A DNA stretch of 64,000 nucleotides from sequence record NC_049438.1. One strand, 5' to 3'. Source of the stretch: Acinetobacter phage vB_ApiM_fHyAci03. The translations under genes and the position numbers were made by a program. Position 1 is the stretch's first letter. Each line of letters starts with the position of its first letter. This document shows positions 15,921 through 26,643 of this stretch, piece after piece. The notes beneath the pieces are model-generated. The model ran no database searches, was not told the origin of the DNA, and saw only the letters and a list, made by a program, of their open reading frames with translations.

Positions 15921-16034
15921 TGCTTTACAAAATTTTGATGTTATAATGGTTCTACCGGTTCACCGCTCTAATTATATCTATTCGGTCGGAGAAGATAGAG
16001 TTTCAGATGATATAGATGTATCTGATATATCTGC
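15921..16034 (-). repeat. copy 1 of a ~110-bp repeat, inverted relative to copy 2 at 54941..55050
   Basis: Reverse complement matches copy 2: gatatatcagatacatcta, then 55 identical nt atcttctccgaccgaatagatataattagagcggtgaaccggtagaaccattata, then catcaaaatttt and taaagca; about 88% identity overall. Confidence 0.65.
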
Positions 16035-16054
16035 ATTGAAAATATAGAATATTG

Positions 16055-16078
16055 TGCTGCGCACAATGATGCGCAGCA
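16055..16078 (-). terminator. hairpin tgctgcgca-caatga-tgcgcagca immediately downstream of the gp2 stop
   Basis: 9-bp GC-rich stem; weak T-run on the minus strand. Confidence 0.4.
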
Positions 16079-16084
16079 TCTAAT

Positions 16085-16924
16085 TTATTTCTTCCATACT
16101 TTTGAGGCTGCAAAACGTTTACCTTGTGATACAAATTGTTGAAGTGGCATTAACACGACATTACCCCAATCAGCAGGTTTAATTTCAACGAATCTGCCTT
16201 TTACATGAGCAGGCAAATATGCTTTAATCATTACATCAGCGCCATTGAAGCCTTTAACTTTTGACCAATCAATTTTAAGCACAGTATTATTTGTGATAGT
16301 TTTTGTAGATGAATAACTTTTTAATAACTCTTCTAAAAATTGTTGTCGTGCTTTAGGTGGAATATAATGCAAGTTAAGGCCATGAAATAAAGTTGTGCCT
16401 GCAACTTTGGAACGGGACGTTCCTAAAAATATGATAAGTGGATATTTATCCCAAAATGGTAACTTATCTTTATGTTTAGCATCATATATGAAAGCATAAA
16501 GTTTACCCGGCTGTGGCTTGACCACAGAGTGTCCTCGGACACCTTTAGCAAGAGTTTCTTTAAACCATTTCTCAGATTTATTGTTTACTGCTGCACCTTC
16601 ATTACGAATTTTTTCTCGCATCGATTGTCTAAAGCTATTAATCAAAATTGCTTCACGTTCTTTAGGTGTCAACTTATTTTTAGGTTTGTTCTTAGCCACT
16701 TCAGCTGCATAAGCGAGCTTGATTTTATCTCTATAACGTGTCATGCTTCTAGTAAAAGTCGCATATGGGATTCCACGTTCTTCGGCAAATGCTTTACCTT
16801 GTACGCCTTTAGCTTTGGCCTTGTACCAATCAACACCAATATTAACCCATGCTAGTTCTTGGCGTGTGATTTTAGGCTGAAGATTTTTTGGCACTTCGGC
16901 TTCATCTAATTGAAAAATACTCAT
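16085..16924 (-). CDS. 2: DNA end protector protein gp2
   Basis: 279 aa (T4 274), basic; between gp3 and gp4 as in T4. Confidence 0.6.
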   Translation of the reverse strand: MSIFQLDEAEVPKNLQPKITRQELAWVNIGVDWYKAKAKGVQGKAFAEERGIPYATFTRSMTRYRDKIKLAYAAEVAKNKPKNKLTPKEREAILINSFRQSMREKIRNEGAAVNNKSEKWFKETLAKGVRGHSVVKPQPGKLYAFIYDAKHKDKLPFWDKYPLIIFLGTSRSKVAGTTLFHGLNLHYIPPKARQQFLEELLKSYSSTKTITNNTVLKIDWSKVKGFNGADVMIKAYLPAHVKGRFVEIKPADWGNVVLMPLQQFVSQGKRFAASKVWKK

Positions 16925-16932
16925 AATAACTC

Positions 16933-17388
16933 CTAAATTTTCATCCCAAGTTTCCTGAGTCCTTCTTCCGTCAGTACTCTGAATTTTACATTTCGTTTTT
17001 CAGCTAGCGCTTGTGCTGCTTTCCACTTATCTAAGTTCACTTGCCATGTGTAGCATTCATTTTCATATCTACGTTTTGCACCGGCGGTCAATTTTGCAGG
17101 AGGCTTTGGAGGCATAGTTTCTTTCTTTGGCTTAATTTCAATGAAGAATTCTTGCCCTTCATGTGTTTTGAACCAAATGTCCATAAAGTAACGACGTTTA
17201 CGTCCATCTGCATGAGAAAAATATTGGATGACCACCTCTTCACTTGACCAGTACTTTACACGAGGATCAGTATCTAACCAGTTGAAGTACCACTTCTCCC
17301 ATGACGACCTATATGTTACTTTGTCAACATGCCCTTTGTACTTTGACTTATTTTTGACGATGTACTTACCGCTGTATGCCACATTCAT
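16933..17388 (-). CDS. 4: head completion protein gp4
   Basis: 151 aa (T4 150), divergent from gene 53 as in T4. Confidence 0.6.
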   Translation of the reverse strand: MNVAYSGKYIVKNKSKYKGHVDKVTYRSSWEKWYFNWLDTDPRVKYWSSEEVVIQYFSHADGRKRRYFMDIWFKTHEGQEFFIEIKPKKETMPPKPPAKLTAGAKRRYENECYTWQVNLDKWKAAQALAEKRNVKFRVLTEEGLRKLGMKI

Positions 17389-17396
17389 ACCTCCAT

Positions 17397-17404
17397 TTAT
17401 AAAT
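17397..17404 (+). promoter_or_regulatory. late promoter TATAAATA for gene 53
   Basis: Exact consensus about 26 nt upstream of the ATG at 17430. Confidence 0.6.
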
Positions 17405-17429
17405 ACTTTTATTAAAATTTTATTTATAA

Positions 17430-18035
17430 ATGGAGATCGTTGTGATTAATTCTTACTTTGATCCAGTTCCTTATGCTGCAAAAACAGTTAACATCAATGC
17501 TCCAGAAAGATTGATGACTAACATATTCAAAAATTATACTGCGTTTTTTAAAAATGTTGCATCAAAATACAATCTTATAACATATTATATCCAAGGTGCA
17601 CCAAGACCTGAAGCATTGTCATATGAGCTCTATAACAACACACAATTTTATTGGGCTCTAACAATGGCAAATGATTGCTATGATCCTTATCATGATTGGA
17701 TCAAATCACAAGAAGCATGTTATGAATCAGTTGCACAAATATACGATCGACCTGAAGAAGTAATAGTTTACCATATTGATGCCAGAGGCGAACGATATTA
17801 CAATCTTATTCAATACGATGACGAGCCTGGCGTTTGGTACGACAAGGGCGATAAAAACAGAAAATATCCGCAATTTAAAGGTGCTTTAGCAGCGGTCAAT
17901 GCATATGAAGATGCATTAATGGAAAATGAAAAGAAGCGTGAAATTAAAATTATTTCACCTACTGATATTGACAACTTTGTTGCAGATTTGATTAAAGAAA
18001 TGGAGAAGAGCTTAAATGAGACTACAATCAGATGA
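17430..18035 (+). CDS. 53: baseplate wedge protein gp53
   Basis: Aligns along its length to T4 gp53 (FDPIEYAAKTVN, YDKGDKxRKYPQ, GALAAV). Confidence 0.8.
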   Translation: MEIVVINSYFDPVPYAAKTVNINAPERLMTNIFKNYTAFFKNVASKYNLITYYIQGAPRPEALSYELYNNTQFYWALTMANDCYDPYHDWIKSQEACYESVAQIYDRPEEVIVYHIDARGERYYNLIQYDDEPGVWYDKGDKNRKYPQFKGALAAVNAYEDALMENEKKREIKIISPTDIDNFVADLIKEMEKSLNETTIR

Positions 18036-19800
18036 TGTTAAATGGTGGGTAGGAGTCGTTGAAGATCGTCTTGACCCATTGCAACAAGGACGTGTCAGAG
18101 TACGTGTTGTAGGCGTTCATCCATTTTCAAGGATTCAAGGCGAGTTTTCAGGGTTGCCGGTCGAAGATTTACCTTGGATGAGTGTACTTTTGCCTGTAAC
18201 TACTCCAGCAGTAGCAGGTGTATCTGGTGCGGTCACTGGACTCTTGCCTGGTTCTGGAGTATTTGGTATTTGGCTTGACAAATATAAAACAAACGGGCTT
18301 GTTCTAGGTTCATATTCAGGTAATCAAGTTAATATTCCAAATTCTGAAGAGGGATTCAGTGATCCATCAGGTCAATACCCTGATTATGCTGGGCCTGATA
18401 GTTCTGCGCTTAATGCCGGTGGTGCCTATGGGGATGCTGCAGGCGCCAATGCTAGTCAAAATGCCAACTCATCTACAGGTTTATGGCCTGGAGGAGCAGA
18501 TATTTCTGGGCCAGACGATTCGCCAAATTTTACTATCGAGAAAATGCTTAGAGGCGATGAAGGTGTTAAGAATACCGTGTATTGGGATCATTTAGGCTAC
18601 CCTACTGTAGGAATTGGTCACTTGATTTTATATCGTAAAACACGTGATATGGGGCTTATCCTTAAAAAGTTATCTAGTGACCTTGGACACTCGGTTGGTG
18701 CCACTATTTCACAAGCCGATATCTCTAAATTGTTTGTTTCTGATTTAGGCAAAACACAAGCTGAAATCAAAAAGAATCGTATTACAGGTCCAGTCTATGC
18801 TAAATGCAACCGTTCTAGACAAATGGCACTAGAAAATATGGCCTTCCAAATGGGAACTGGTGGTCTGGCCAAGTTTAAAAAGTCTTTAGCATTAATGGCA
18901 GAAGAAAAATGGGATGAGGCTGCAAAACAGCTTAAAAATTCTTTATGGGCTAGACAAACTCCGGGTAGAGCTAATCGTGTTTGTATGGTGATTAAGAACG
19001 GTAATCTAGGAGCTTATGGTGTTATACCTAGAAAACCACAACCGAATAGTAAATCTTTATCTGTTGTTCAGCCACTAAGCATGGGTTTTATGGATAACAA
19101 TTTTGACCCATATGACAAGTCAGATACAGAAATTTATCCTAATTATGACACTACTGAGACTAAGGATGGCATTGATGAAGATCTTAGTGTACCGTATGTT
19201 AGAGAACCGTCAGCCACATTATTTGTAGAGCCAAATAGCTCATATCAAGGAAATTATCCTTATGTGCAGGCTCTAACTACTGAAGGCGGTCATTCACAAG
19301 AATTTGACAACACTCCTGGACAAGAGCGTTATCGTATTCGTCATCCATCAGGCTCCTATGTCGAGGTGGCTCCAGATGGAAGAAAGACTGACAAATGCAC
19401 TGGTGATTTGTACCATTTAACTGATGGAGACAGAAATGAATTAACTTCTGGCGAACGCAGAGTTAATGTCGGCGGCAACGAGACATATATTAATTTTGCT
19501 GATGTGGTACGCCAAATTGAAGGATCAAACAGCACTAAAATCGCAGCTGATAATACTATCGAAGTAGCAGGCAATGAGACAAGAAAAATAACTGGCGATG
19601 GCACTATAGAAGTTTCTGGCAATTTAAAAATCATAGTTGCAGCAGATGCTTCTATTGAAGTTGGCGGCAATGCAAATCTTAAAGTGTCAGGGAATCTAAC
19701 TTCTAATATTAGTGGAAATTATAATATGACTGTCGGTGGCACATATACTATCAATTCAGGTACAGTTAATTGGAATGCACCACGTTACAATATGGTATAA
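18016..19800 (+). CDS. 5: baseplate hub and cell-puncturing protein gp5 with T4-lysozyme-like domain and C-terminal beta-helix
   Basis: Lysozyme block EKMLRGDEGVKNTVYWDHLGYPTVGIGHL ... NRVCMVIKNGN parallels T4 lysozyme; VGGNxT/VSGN octapeptide-like repeats at the C-terminus; 594 aa (T4 575). Confidence 0.9.
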   Translation: MRLQSDDVKWWVGVVEDRLDPLQQGRVRVRVVGVHPFSRIQGEFSGLPVEDLPWMSVLLPVTTPAVAGVSGAVTGLLPGSGVFGIWLDKYKTNGLVLGSYSGNQVNIPNSEEGFSDPSGQYPDYAGPDSSALNAGGAYGDAAGANASQNANSSTGLWPGGADISGPDDSPNFTIEKMLRGDEGVKNTVYWDHLGYPTVGIGHLILYRKTRDMGLILKKLSSDLGHSVGATISQADISKLFVSDLGKTQAEIKKNRITGPVYAKCNRSRQMALENMAFQMGTGGLAKFKKSLALMAEEKWDEAAKQLKNSLWARQTPGRANRVCMVIKNGNLGAYGVIPRKPQPNSKSLSVVQPLSMGFMDNNFDPYDKSDTEIYPNYDTTETKDGIDEDLSVPYVREPSATLFVEPNSSYQGNYPYVQALTTEGGHSQEFDNTPGQERYRIRHPSGSYVEVAPDGRKTDKCTGDLYHLTDGDRNELTSGERRVNVGGNETYINFADVVRQIEGSNSTKIAADNTIEVAGNETRKITGDGTIEVSGNLKIIVAADASIEVGGNANLKVSGNLTSNISGNYNMTVGGTYTINSGTVNWNAPRYNMV

Positions 19801-19803
19801 CTT

Positions 19804-20262
19804 ATGGCAAAGATAGTTCCAGCAAGTACTAAATTATCTACAATTATGGAAGGTGATAACGTTAGTTTCACCTTCTCAGCCGAATTGGCTGCAACAGAAA
19901 AATTGGTTAGTTTAAAAATTATACAACACGACTTCCCGTCGTATATTTCTATTAATGGCGCAACATTTTCAGGAAGATTTACAAATTTATTCAAACTTCC
20001 GCTGAATTCATTAAAATATCGTAAAGGTCTAGAATATGGACAAGCAACAACTTTCGCTGAGTTACCGCCTAAAGGAACTGCTGACATATATTCGTTTACC
20101 GCTCCTAATGTTATGTTGAAAGATTTTAATTTAACAGTTCAATTAACATACACTGAAGAGGCAAACCCTACAACTGAATTAAATATAACTAATAGTTATA
20201 TTCAGCCCGTACAAGGAAATTGGGACACATTTAAACATCAATTTTTAGACTATGTGAGATAA
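19804..20262 (+). CDS. hypothetical protein in the gp5.1 position (152 aa)
   Basis: Position between 5 and 5.4. Confidence 0.4.
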   Translation: MAKIVPASTKLSTIMEGDNVSFTFSAELAATEKLVSLKIIQHDFPSYISINGATFSGRFTNLFKLPLNSLKYRKGLEYGQATTFAELPPKGTADIYSFTAPNVMLKDFNLTVQLTYTEEANPTTELNITNSYIQPVQGNWDTFKHQFLDYVR

Positions 20263-20263
20263 T

Positions 20264-20539
20264 ATGGCATCTTTATCATTTGACAAGGCCATGACTACTG
20301 GTCACGGGCCATATCCACCTACACAAATAAATTCATCACAATCTAAATTCTTTGTAGAAAATAAAGCTGCATTAGTAACAGGCGATCTTGCCAATAATCA
20401 TGGGCATAGTCCTGTTGGTGCATGTATAGCATCTTCAACAAAATTTTTCATTGGTGGTAAGGCTGCAGTTCAGATAGGTGATCCACTTACAGATGGGGAT
20501 ACCGTTGCACAAGGCAGTTCAAAATTTTTCATAAATTAA
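20264..20539 (+). CDS. 5.4: PAAR-repeat spike tip protein gp5.4
   Basis: 91 aa, Gly/His-rich with repeated KFF(I/V) strands, immediately after gene 5. Confidence 0.6.
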   Translation: MASLSFDKAMTTGHGPYPPTQINSSQSKFFVENKAALVTGDLANNHGHSPVGACIASSTKFFIGGKAAVQIGDPLTDGDTVAQGSSKFFIN

Positions 20540-20548
20540 GAGGCATCT

Positions 20549-22498
20549 ATGGCAGATTTACCAAATTATACTCATGGGCAACTTCAACGAACAGTTAATG
20601 CTATTCCAGATGTTTTTGTTGGTGCCACATTCCAAGAAATAAAAAATTCTTTAATTAACTGGCTCGCTGGTCAAAAAGAATTCAAAGACTATGATTTTAG
20701 CGGGTCACGCATTAATGTATTATTAGATTTATTAGCATACAATACATTGTATATTCAACAATTCTCTAATACTGCAATATATGAATCATTTTTAAGAACC
20801 GCTAATTTAAGAAGTTCTATTGTTCAAGCCGCCCAAGATAATTCATACTTACCTAGTGGCATGACCGCTGCTGAAAATACCATTCAGCTACGTGTTTCTA
20901 ACCCGACTAAACCAAATAAAATTACAATTCCACGCGGAACAAAATTTCTTGCTTATGCACGCGAAACTTCGGCTGATCCATACCCATTTGTTGTTACAGA
21001 AGATGTAGTAGCAGTTAAGGATTATCAAAATGAGTATTGGCCTATTGTTCGATTAGCACAAGGGCGAATTGTTAGAACTGAATTATTATTTAACAGAAAT
21101 GAACCGATTATCATACGAGACGAATTCATTGATCGCAATCATATTCAAGTCTTTGTAGATGGAGCAAGATGGACTAACTGGACTCATAAATCTATGGTCA
21201 ATGCTGGTTCAACATCTACGATTTATTATGTTCGTGAGACAATCGATGGCTTCACTGAAATTTATTTTGGTGAAGGTGAATTATCAGTTTCAACAACCAA
21301 TGGTGCTTTAGAAGCAAATTATATCGGTGGGCTTAAGCCTACACAAAATGCATCAATTGCCATTGAATACATTCGTACTGATGGTGCAAAAGCAAATGGT
21401 GCAAAAGACTTCACATACGCCGATACTTTGCAATATATCACAATTGATGAAGTGATTGAAAACTTCAATAACGACCCAGATTATGTAGGTGCTGATGGCG
21501 GCGGTGATCCTGAAGATAAAGAGCGTATTCGTGAGATGGCCGCGGTTAAGCGTGAAGCTCAAATGCGATGTGTTACTGCATCAGATTATGACTCATTTGT
21601 GTCTGAAAGATTTGGTTCTATTGTTCAAGCTGTTCAAACATTTACTGATTCAGATAAACCCGGCTATGCCTTTATTGCAATTAAACCAAAATCTGGATTG
21701 TACTTGACAGCTGTTCAACGCGAAGATATCCAAACTTATTTGAAAGAATATAATTTAGCGCCTATTACGCCTTCAGTCATTTCACCTAACTACTTGTTTA
21801 TAAAGCACAATATTCGTGTTACATATGCCATTAACAAGTTGCAAGAATCTGAGCAATGGCTTGAATCACAAATTCTTGATCAAATCGATAGATACTATAT
21901 CGAAGACGTCGAATTGTTTAACAAATCCTTTGCTAAATCTAAAATGTTAACCTTTATCGACAATGCCGATCATTCTATTGTGGGTTCATCAGCTTCAATT
22001 CAACTGGTTCGTGAAATTCAAAACTTTTATGTTACACCAGAATCTGGGATTAAATACTATAACACTGTTAAACCTAGATCAATTGAATCTAATGAATTCC
22101 CATTTCTCCCTGGAAATGATTCAGATGCATATAATGTTAAAATTGTTTCTACTGATGCAGATGCAAATAATAAAGGCAGTATTTTAGTAGGCCCGTTTGT
22201 GCCTGGTGATATTCCTTCTCATATTGCGCCGTATACTAATGACGATTTTACACGTGAAGTTATCGGAGCACAACGAGTTTATTACAAAATAGGTGAAGCC
22301 AATTACACAACAGATTATGTGTATTGGAATATGGGAGCGTTAGATGTAACATCTGATAAGTTTGAGGTACAACAAATTGAACTTTATTCAGATCCAACTA
22401 CGGATAATATTTTCACACGTGATGGATCATTGATTGTATTTGAAAATGACTTACGCCCACAATACACAAAAATTACATTAGAGGCAATCACACAATGA
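20549..22498 (+). CDS. 6: baseplate wedge protein gp6
   Basis: 649 aa (T4 660), synteny. Confidence 0.7.
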   Translation: MADLPNYTHGQLQRTVNAIPDVFVGATFQEIKNSLINWLAGQKEFKDYDFSGSRINVLLDLLAYNTLYIQQFSNTAIYESFLRTANLRSSIVQAAQDNSYLPSGMTAAENTIQLRVSNPTKPNKITIPRGTKFLAYARETSADPYPFVVTEDVVAVKDYQNEYWPIVRLAQGRIVRTELLFNRNEPIIIRDEFIDRNHIQVFVDGARWTNWTHKSMVNAGSTSTIYYVRETIDGFTEIYFGEGELSVSTTNGALEANYIGGLKPTQNASIAIEYIRTDGAKANGAKDFTYADTLQYITIDEVIENFNNDPDYVGADGGGDPEDKERIREMAAVKREAQMRCVTASDYDSFVSERFGSIVQAVQTFTDSDKPGYAFIAIKPKSGLYLTAVQREDIQTYLKEYNLAPITPSVISPNYLFIKHNIRVTYAINKLQESEQWLESQILDQIDRYYIEDVELFNKSFAKSKMLTFIDNADHSIVGSSASIQLVREIQNFYVTPESGIKYYNTVKPRSIESNEFPFLPGNDSDAYNVKIVSTDADANNKGSILVGPFVPGDIPSHIAPYTNDDFTREVIGAQRVYYKIGEANYTTDYVYWNMGALDVTSDKFEVQQIELYSDPTTDNIFTRDGSLIVFENDLRPQYTKITLEAITQ

Positions 22499-25400
22499 CA
22501 GTAAAAGCGCCTATTATTACAAGTTTAACCATAGCTAAGCTTTCTGCTAATGCTGTACAATTGACTTGGGACGATGTAGGTGAGAACTTTTATTACTTAG
22601 TAGAGCTAGCTGAAATTAGAGAGGATGATCAACCACGTTGGACTCCTCTCGGCTACACTGCAGACAATAGATGGTTCTCATCAGAATTAACAGCTTCATC
22701 ATTTTATAAAATTCGTGTTGCAGTAGCATCAGAAGGCTTCGAGCAATCTGATTGGGTAGAAACTGAACAATTCCAGACATTTGAGCAAAACGCGTATACG
22801 TTTGAATTGATGAATGAGTTAACACTCAACAAAAAATTCATTGATGAAAAATTCATCAAAGGCAACAACTCATATGTTAATTTTAGCACAGACGTTATTC
22901 ATGCTGCGTTGACTAATGAAACATTTACATATTCTGATGCATACACTGACATCTCACAGATTCGCCCTTTCATTATAAAGGAAAATGAATACCATGAGAT
23001 TCAAGGCGACATAACTTCAATTTGTCGTGACTTGGATCGTATGTACTTGATGGAAGATGAAGGTGTATTATACTTATTCGAACGGTGGCAAAATCTTGTT
23101 AAGGTTTCAAATGATAAAGGGCAAAACTGGCAAGCCGTAGGCTTGATGAATGACCGTGTAGGTTGGCCTTTGTCTAAAACCGTTTTCTATCAAAATTCAA
23201 CAACTAACTTTGTGTTAGGATGGGATTACCTATTCTACGGCAGAAAATCTACTGATACACGTTGGTCATCCGACACGGTTAGATTTTCCAATGATGACAT
23301 CACCTTTGCTAAAATTGGTGACACACTTAACTTAGGATTTGATGTCAATATTTTTGGTAATTATGCAATGCTTCCTGGGGATGTGGCTAAAATTGCTGAA
23401 GCCATTACATGCAATGAAGATTATATCTACATTGTCGCTCGTGATAAAGTTAGATTCATTAAAGCAAAAAATCCACCAGTTGATAATACTCCTGGGTCTC
23501 CTACTGAAGGTCAAAAAATATTTGAAACTGCGTTCCATAACATTACTGGCAATAACAAAGCAGTTACATGGAAAATGGACTCAGTTGGAGGACAAGTATT
23601 TGCTTTAGTCATTGGGGAAGTGGCTAATTACGGTGATGATCCACGCAAGGTGCCTATTCTCGATTCAGAGTCTAAAGGAGTCTGGATGCTTAAAGACCAT
23701 GATGCTGGTACATGGGTGCGTGTATTTGGTAACACAGAAGAAGAGCGTCGCCGCATTGAAGTTGGCTATACAAACATGTCATGTGATGAAAAGGAAATAT
23801 TCATTTCATCTAGCAACTATAAAGTCATTGAATCTGACATTGTGGATGACCCAGACACAGTTGCTAAATATCCAGATCAAGTTAATGCTGCCGTAAAAAA
23901 TCTTTATGAACCACAATGGATTCATGATAAACATTTAATGATGATGACATTTAGGGCTAATGGTGAAGACGGCTGGGACAAATGGGCTCCTGGACGCATG
24001 CGTTATTATGCTGAGCCATATTTTAGCAAATGTACTAATTCTGGCACAAGATGTTGGGTAAACAACTCTAACAAAGTTGTGATGGTTTATTCTGATGTAC
24101 AGCATGAGTACGCTATTGATCCATATCCTGTTACATCGCCTAGTAGATATATGGAAGAAGTTTGGAATACTGGTGATTGTACAGTGATTTTCCCTAATAT
24201 TGAATTTAACAACTTCACTCAGTACTCTAATGGGATAATTTTCTTCAAACAGTCAGGCGAGTTGATTGGATACTTTGAATTTAACTATCGTGTTAAAGAT
24301 AACGTTCGTGTAGTATGGAAGCCATCAAATACTTTCCTTAAAGCATTTATGCAGAACCAGACTAGAGAAGATCCATGGACTCCTGATGATGGAGGCGGCT
24401 ACAATAACCCTGACTTAAGGCCATTCTTAACTAGAATGATTCCAGATAGCTATTTGTTAGAGAATTCAACATTTGAAAAGTTCTGCGAATATTACATTCA
24501 ATATATTTCAGATGGTTATGGAACACCTTATAATAATTTGGTTAACCTAATTCGCGACAAATATCCTAAAGAGAAACATTCGTGGGAGTACATGTGGTCA
24601 GAAATTTATAAACGTAACATTTATTTGAATAGAGATAAGCGCGATCTTGTAGCTAGATTCTTTGAGACACGCAAAAATGATTTCTACTCTACTAAAGGTA
24701 TCGAGGCGTCATATAAATTCTTATTCAAAGTGCTCTATAATGAGGACGTTGAGATCGATATTGAATCACTCAATGGACTTGAATATGACATCATTGTGGA
24801 ATCAGACAACATCACTGAAGATTTAGCTGGTAGAACAGTTTACACTGCAACTGGGCGTTCAAACGTTACGTATATTGAGCGTCATTATACTAAAGGTAAA
24901 CTCCAGTGGAAATTGACAATCCATAATTTGCTTGGACGGTTTATTGCCGGACAAGAGATCAAATCGGAACGAACTAATTTTGAAGGCATGATTGTACAAG
25001 GTGTACGTGGCAAAGACATGACATCTAACACTATTGAATATATCAATAGAGGACGTGCATATTATGTTATGAAAATTAAATCCGCATTGCCATCGTCTCG
25101 ATATCGTGATGACGTGTTACGATTTGTCCATCCGGTGGGTTTTGGCTTCATTGGTATTACATTGATCACAATGTTTATTAATTCAGGATTAAGTATGAAA
25201 CATACTGAAACGATAATAAATAGATTAAAAGTGTATAGATGGGATTCTGGTATTCCAACAATGTGGCCAGACAGAATTGCTAAATTAGGGCCTAATGGCA
25301 AGATTGATAGAGACCCTGTTACAGGTGAACCTATCTATTTAGATCATCCTAATAAAGGCAAAGAATATGAATTGTCCGATGCAGAAAAAACACAATATCT

Positions 25401-25587
25401 TAAAGATAATCCGGGTACATTCTATGGATTTAATGCATTAGAATTGCGTCGTCCTATGAGTCCACTATTTGATCAATCTGCAGTAACATTCGCTAGATTC
25501 AGGAATCTTGTAGATGAGCGCCTTAAAGACGATATTGGAAATCCTCGAGATCCATCGAACCCAACACAGGTACAAATAAATGAATGA
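22495..25587 (+). CDS. 7: baseplate wedge protein gp7
   Basis: 1030 aa (T4 1032), synteny. Confidence 0.7.
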   Translation: MTVKAPIITSLTIAKLSANAVQLTWDDVGENFYYLVELAEIREDDQPRWTPLGYTADNRWFSSELTASSFYKIRVAVASEGFEQSDWVETEQFQTFEQNAYTFELMNELTLNKKFIDEKFIKGNNSYVNFSTDVIHAALTNETFTYSDAYTDISQIRPFIIKENEYHEIQGDITSICRDLDRMYLMEDEGVLYLFERWQNLVKVSNDKGQNWQAVGLMNDRVGWPLSKTVFYQNSTTNFVLGWDYLFYGRKSTDTRWSSDTVRFSNDDITFAKIGDTLNLGFDVNIFGNYAMLPGDVAKIAEAITCNEDYIYIVARDKVRFIKAKNPPVDNTPGSPTEGQKIFETAFHNITGNNKAVTWKMDSVGGQVFALVIGEVANYGDDPRKVPILDSESKGVWMLKDHDAGTWVRVFGNTEEERRRIEVGYTNMSCDEKEIFISSSNYKVIESDIVDDPDTVAKYPDQVNAAVKNLYEPQWIHDKHLMMMTFRANGEDGWDKWAPGRMRYYAEPYFSKCTNSGTRCWVNNSNKVVMVYSDVQHEYAIDPYPVTSPSRYMEEVWNTGDCTVIFPNIEFNNFTQYSNGIIFFKQSGELIGYFEFNYRVKDNVRVVWKPSNTFLKAFMQNQTREDPWTPDDGGGYNNPDLRPFLTRMIPDSYLLENSTFEKFCEYYIQYISDGYGTPYNNLVNLIRDKYPKEKHSWEYMWSEIYKRNIYLNRDKRDLVARFFETRKNDFYSTKGIEASYKFLFKVLYNEDVEIDIESLNGLEYDIIVESDNITEDLAGRTVYTATGRSNVTYIERHYTKGKLQWKLTIHNLLGRFIAGQEIKSERTNFEGMIVQGVRGKDMTSNTIEYINRGRAYYVMKIKSALPSSRYRDDVLRFVHPVGFGFIGITLITMFINSGLSMKHTETIINRLKVYRWDSGIPTMWPDRIAKLGPNGKIDRDPVTGEPIYLDHPNKGKEYELSDAEKTQYLKDNPGTFYGFNALELRRPMSPLFDQSAVTFARFRNLVDERLKDDIGNPRDPSNPTQVQINE

Positions 25588-26584
25588 TAGTTCAATGGTA
25601 TATCGTGCGATAATCACATCAAAATTTCGCACTGAAAAAATGCTAAATTTTTATAAGTCTATTGGAGACGGCCCAAATGATAACACTATCTACTTGACAT
25701 TCGGGCGAGATACTCCATGGTCGCCATCAGAAAATGAACCCGGCTTCGCGCCACCGTATCCTGTAGATAATCCTGCAGGCGTTACTGATGTATGGACAAA
25801 TATTCTCGGTGCGGTAAAGGTACAACAATCATATCTTGATGCAGTTGTACCTCGTAAAGATTGGGGTGACAGACGTTACCCTAACCCTTTAACATTTCAC
25901 ATCGGCGATATTGTTGTAACAAATACTATGCCAAACAACAGAGCACCATCTGCCGAAGGTTGGATGGTCTACAAAGTAGTCGATGTGCCTGAAGATGGTA
26001 CATGTTCTATTAGCTCGATAACTGAGAAAATGGAATGTTTAAAACTTGGTGGCAAATGGACGCCTGGTGTTGAAAGTTTCTTCCCACCTACAGGCCGTGG
26101 AGATACTGAAGGCATGGTAGATACTGGCGATGGATACAAATGGGAATATTTGTACGAAATTCCACCTGATGTGTCTATCAATAGATGTACGAATGAATAT
26201 ATTGTTGTGCCATGGCCAGATGAAATTGCAGCAGACCCTAAACGCTGGGGATACCAAAATAATTTGACTTGGCAACAAGATGATTACGGGCTGCTTTTTA
26301 GAATTAAAGCTGTTATTATGAGATTTAAAGCATATCTTGATTCGGTCTACTTCCCTGAAGCATCCGTTCTTGGTAACAAAGGGTTCAGACAAATCTCAAT
26401 GATTATGAATCCATTAGAAGCTAAATCTGATCCAACACAACCTAACAAGAAAGCCATTGCAAATTATTATGGCAAAAATGGGTTAAATAGGCACTCTGGT
26501 GAAATGGTCTATATCGAAAATCGACAGCCGATTATTAGAGCACTCGATCAGACGGAGGAAGTTTCCATATTTTTCGAATTCTAA
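25580..26584 (+). CDS. 8: baseplate wedge protein gp8
   Basis: 334 aa (T4 334), synteny. Confidence 0.7.
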   Translation: MNDSSMVYRAIITSKFRTEKMLNFYKSIGDGPNDNTIYLTFGRDTPWSPSENEPGFAPPYPVDNPAGVTDVWTNILGAVKVQQSYLDAVVPRKDWGDRRYPNPLTFHIGDIVVTNTMPNNRAPSAEGWMVYKVVDVPEDGTCSISSITEKMECLKLGGKWTPGVESFFPPTGRGDTEGMVDTGDGYKWEYLYEIPPDVSINRCTNEYIVVPWPDEIAADPKRWGYQNNLTWQQDDYGLLFRIKAVIMRFKAYLDSVYFPEASVLGNKGFRQISMIMNPLEAKSDPTQPNKKAIANYYGKNGLNRHSGEMVYIENRQPIIRALDQTEEVSIFFEF

Positions 26585-26612
26585 CAACAGGGACCTTTAG
26601 GTCCCAATGTTG
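26585..26612 (+). terminator. hairpin caaca-gggacc-ttta-ggtccc-tgttg after gene 8 (no strong T-run; attenuator or processing site)
   Basis: Inverted repeat read directly; coordinates +-2. Confidence 0.35.
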
Positions 26613-26620
26613 TATAAATA
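26613..26620 (+). promoter_or_regulatory. late promoter TATAAATA for gene 9
   Basis: Exact consensus 23 nt upstream of the ATG at 26644. Confidence 0.55.
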
Positions 26621-26643
26621 TTAAAATTATAAGAGGATTACGT

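Noticed and set aside
19356-19670. Minus-strand 104-aa ORF inside gene 5
   Set aside because: Antisense to the repetitive beta-helix coding region of gp5; a repeat-driven artefact
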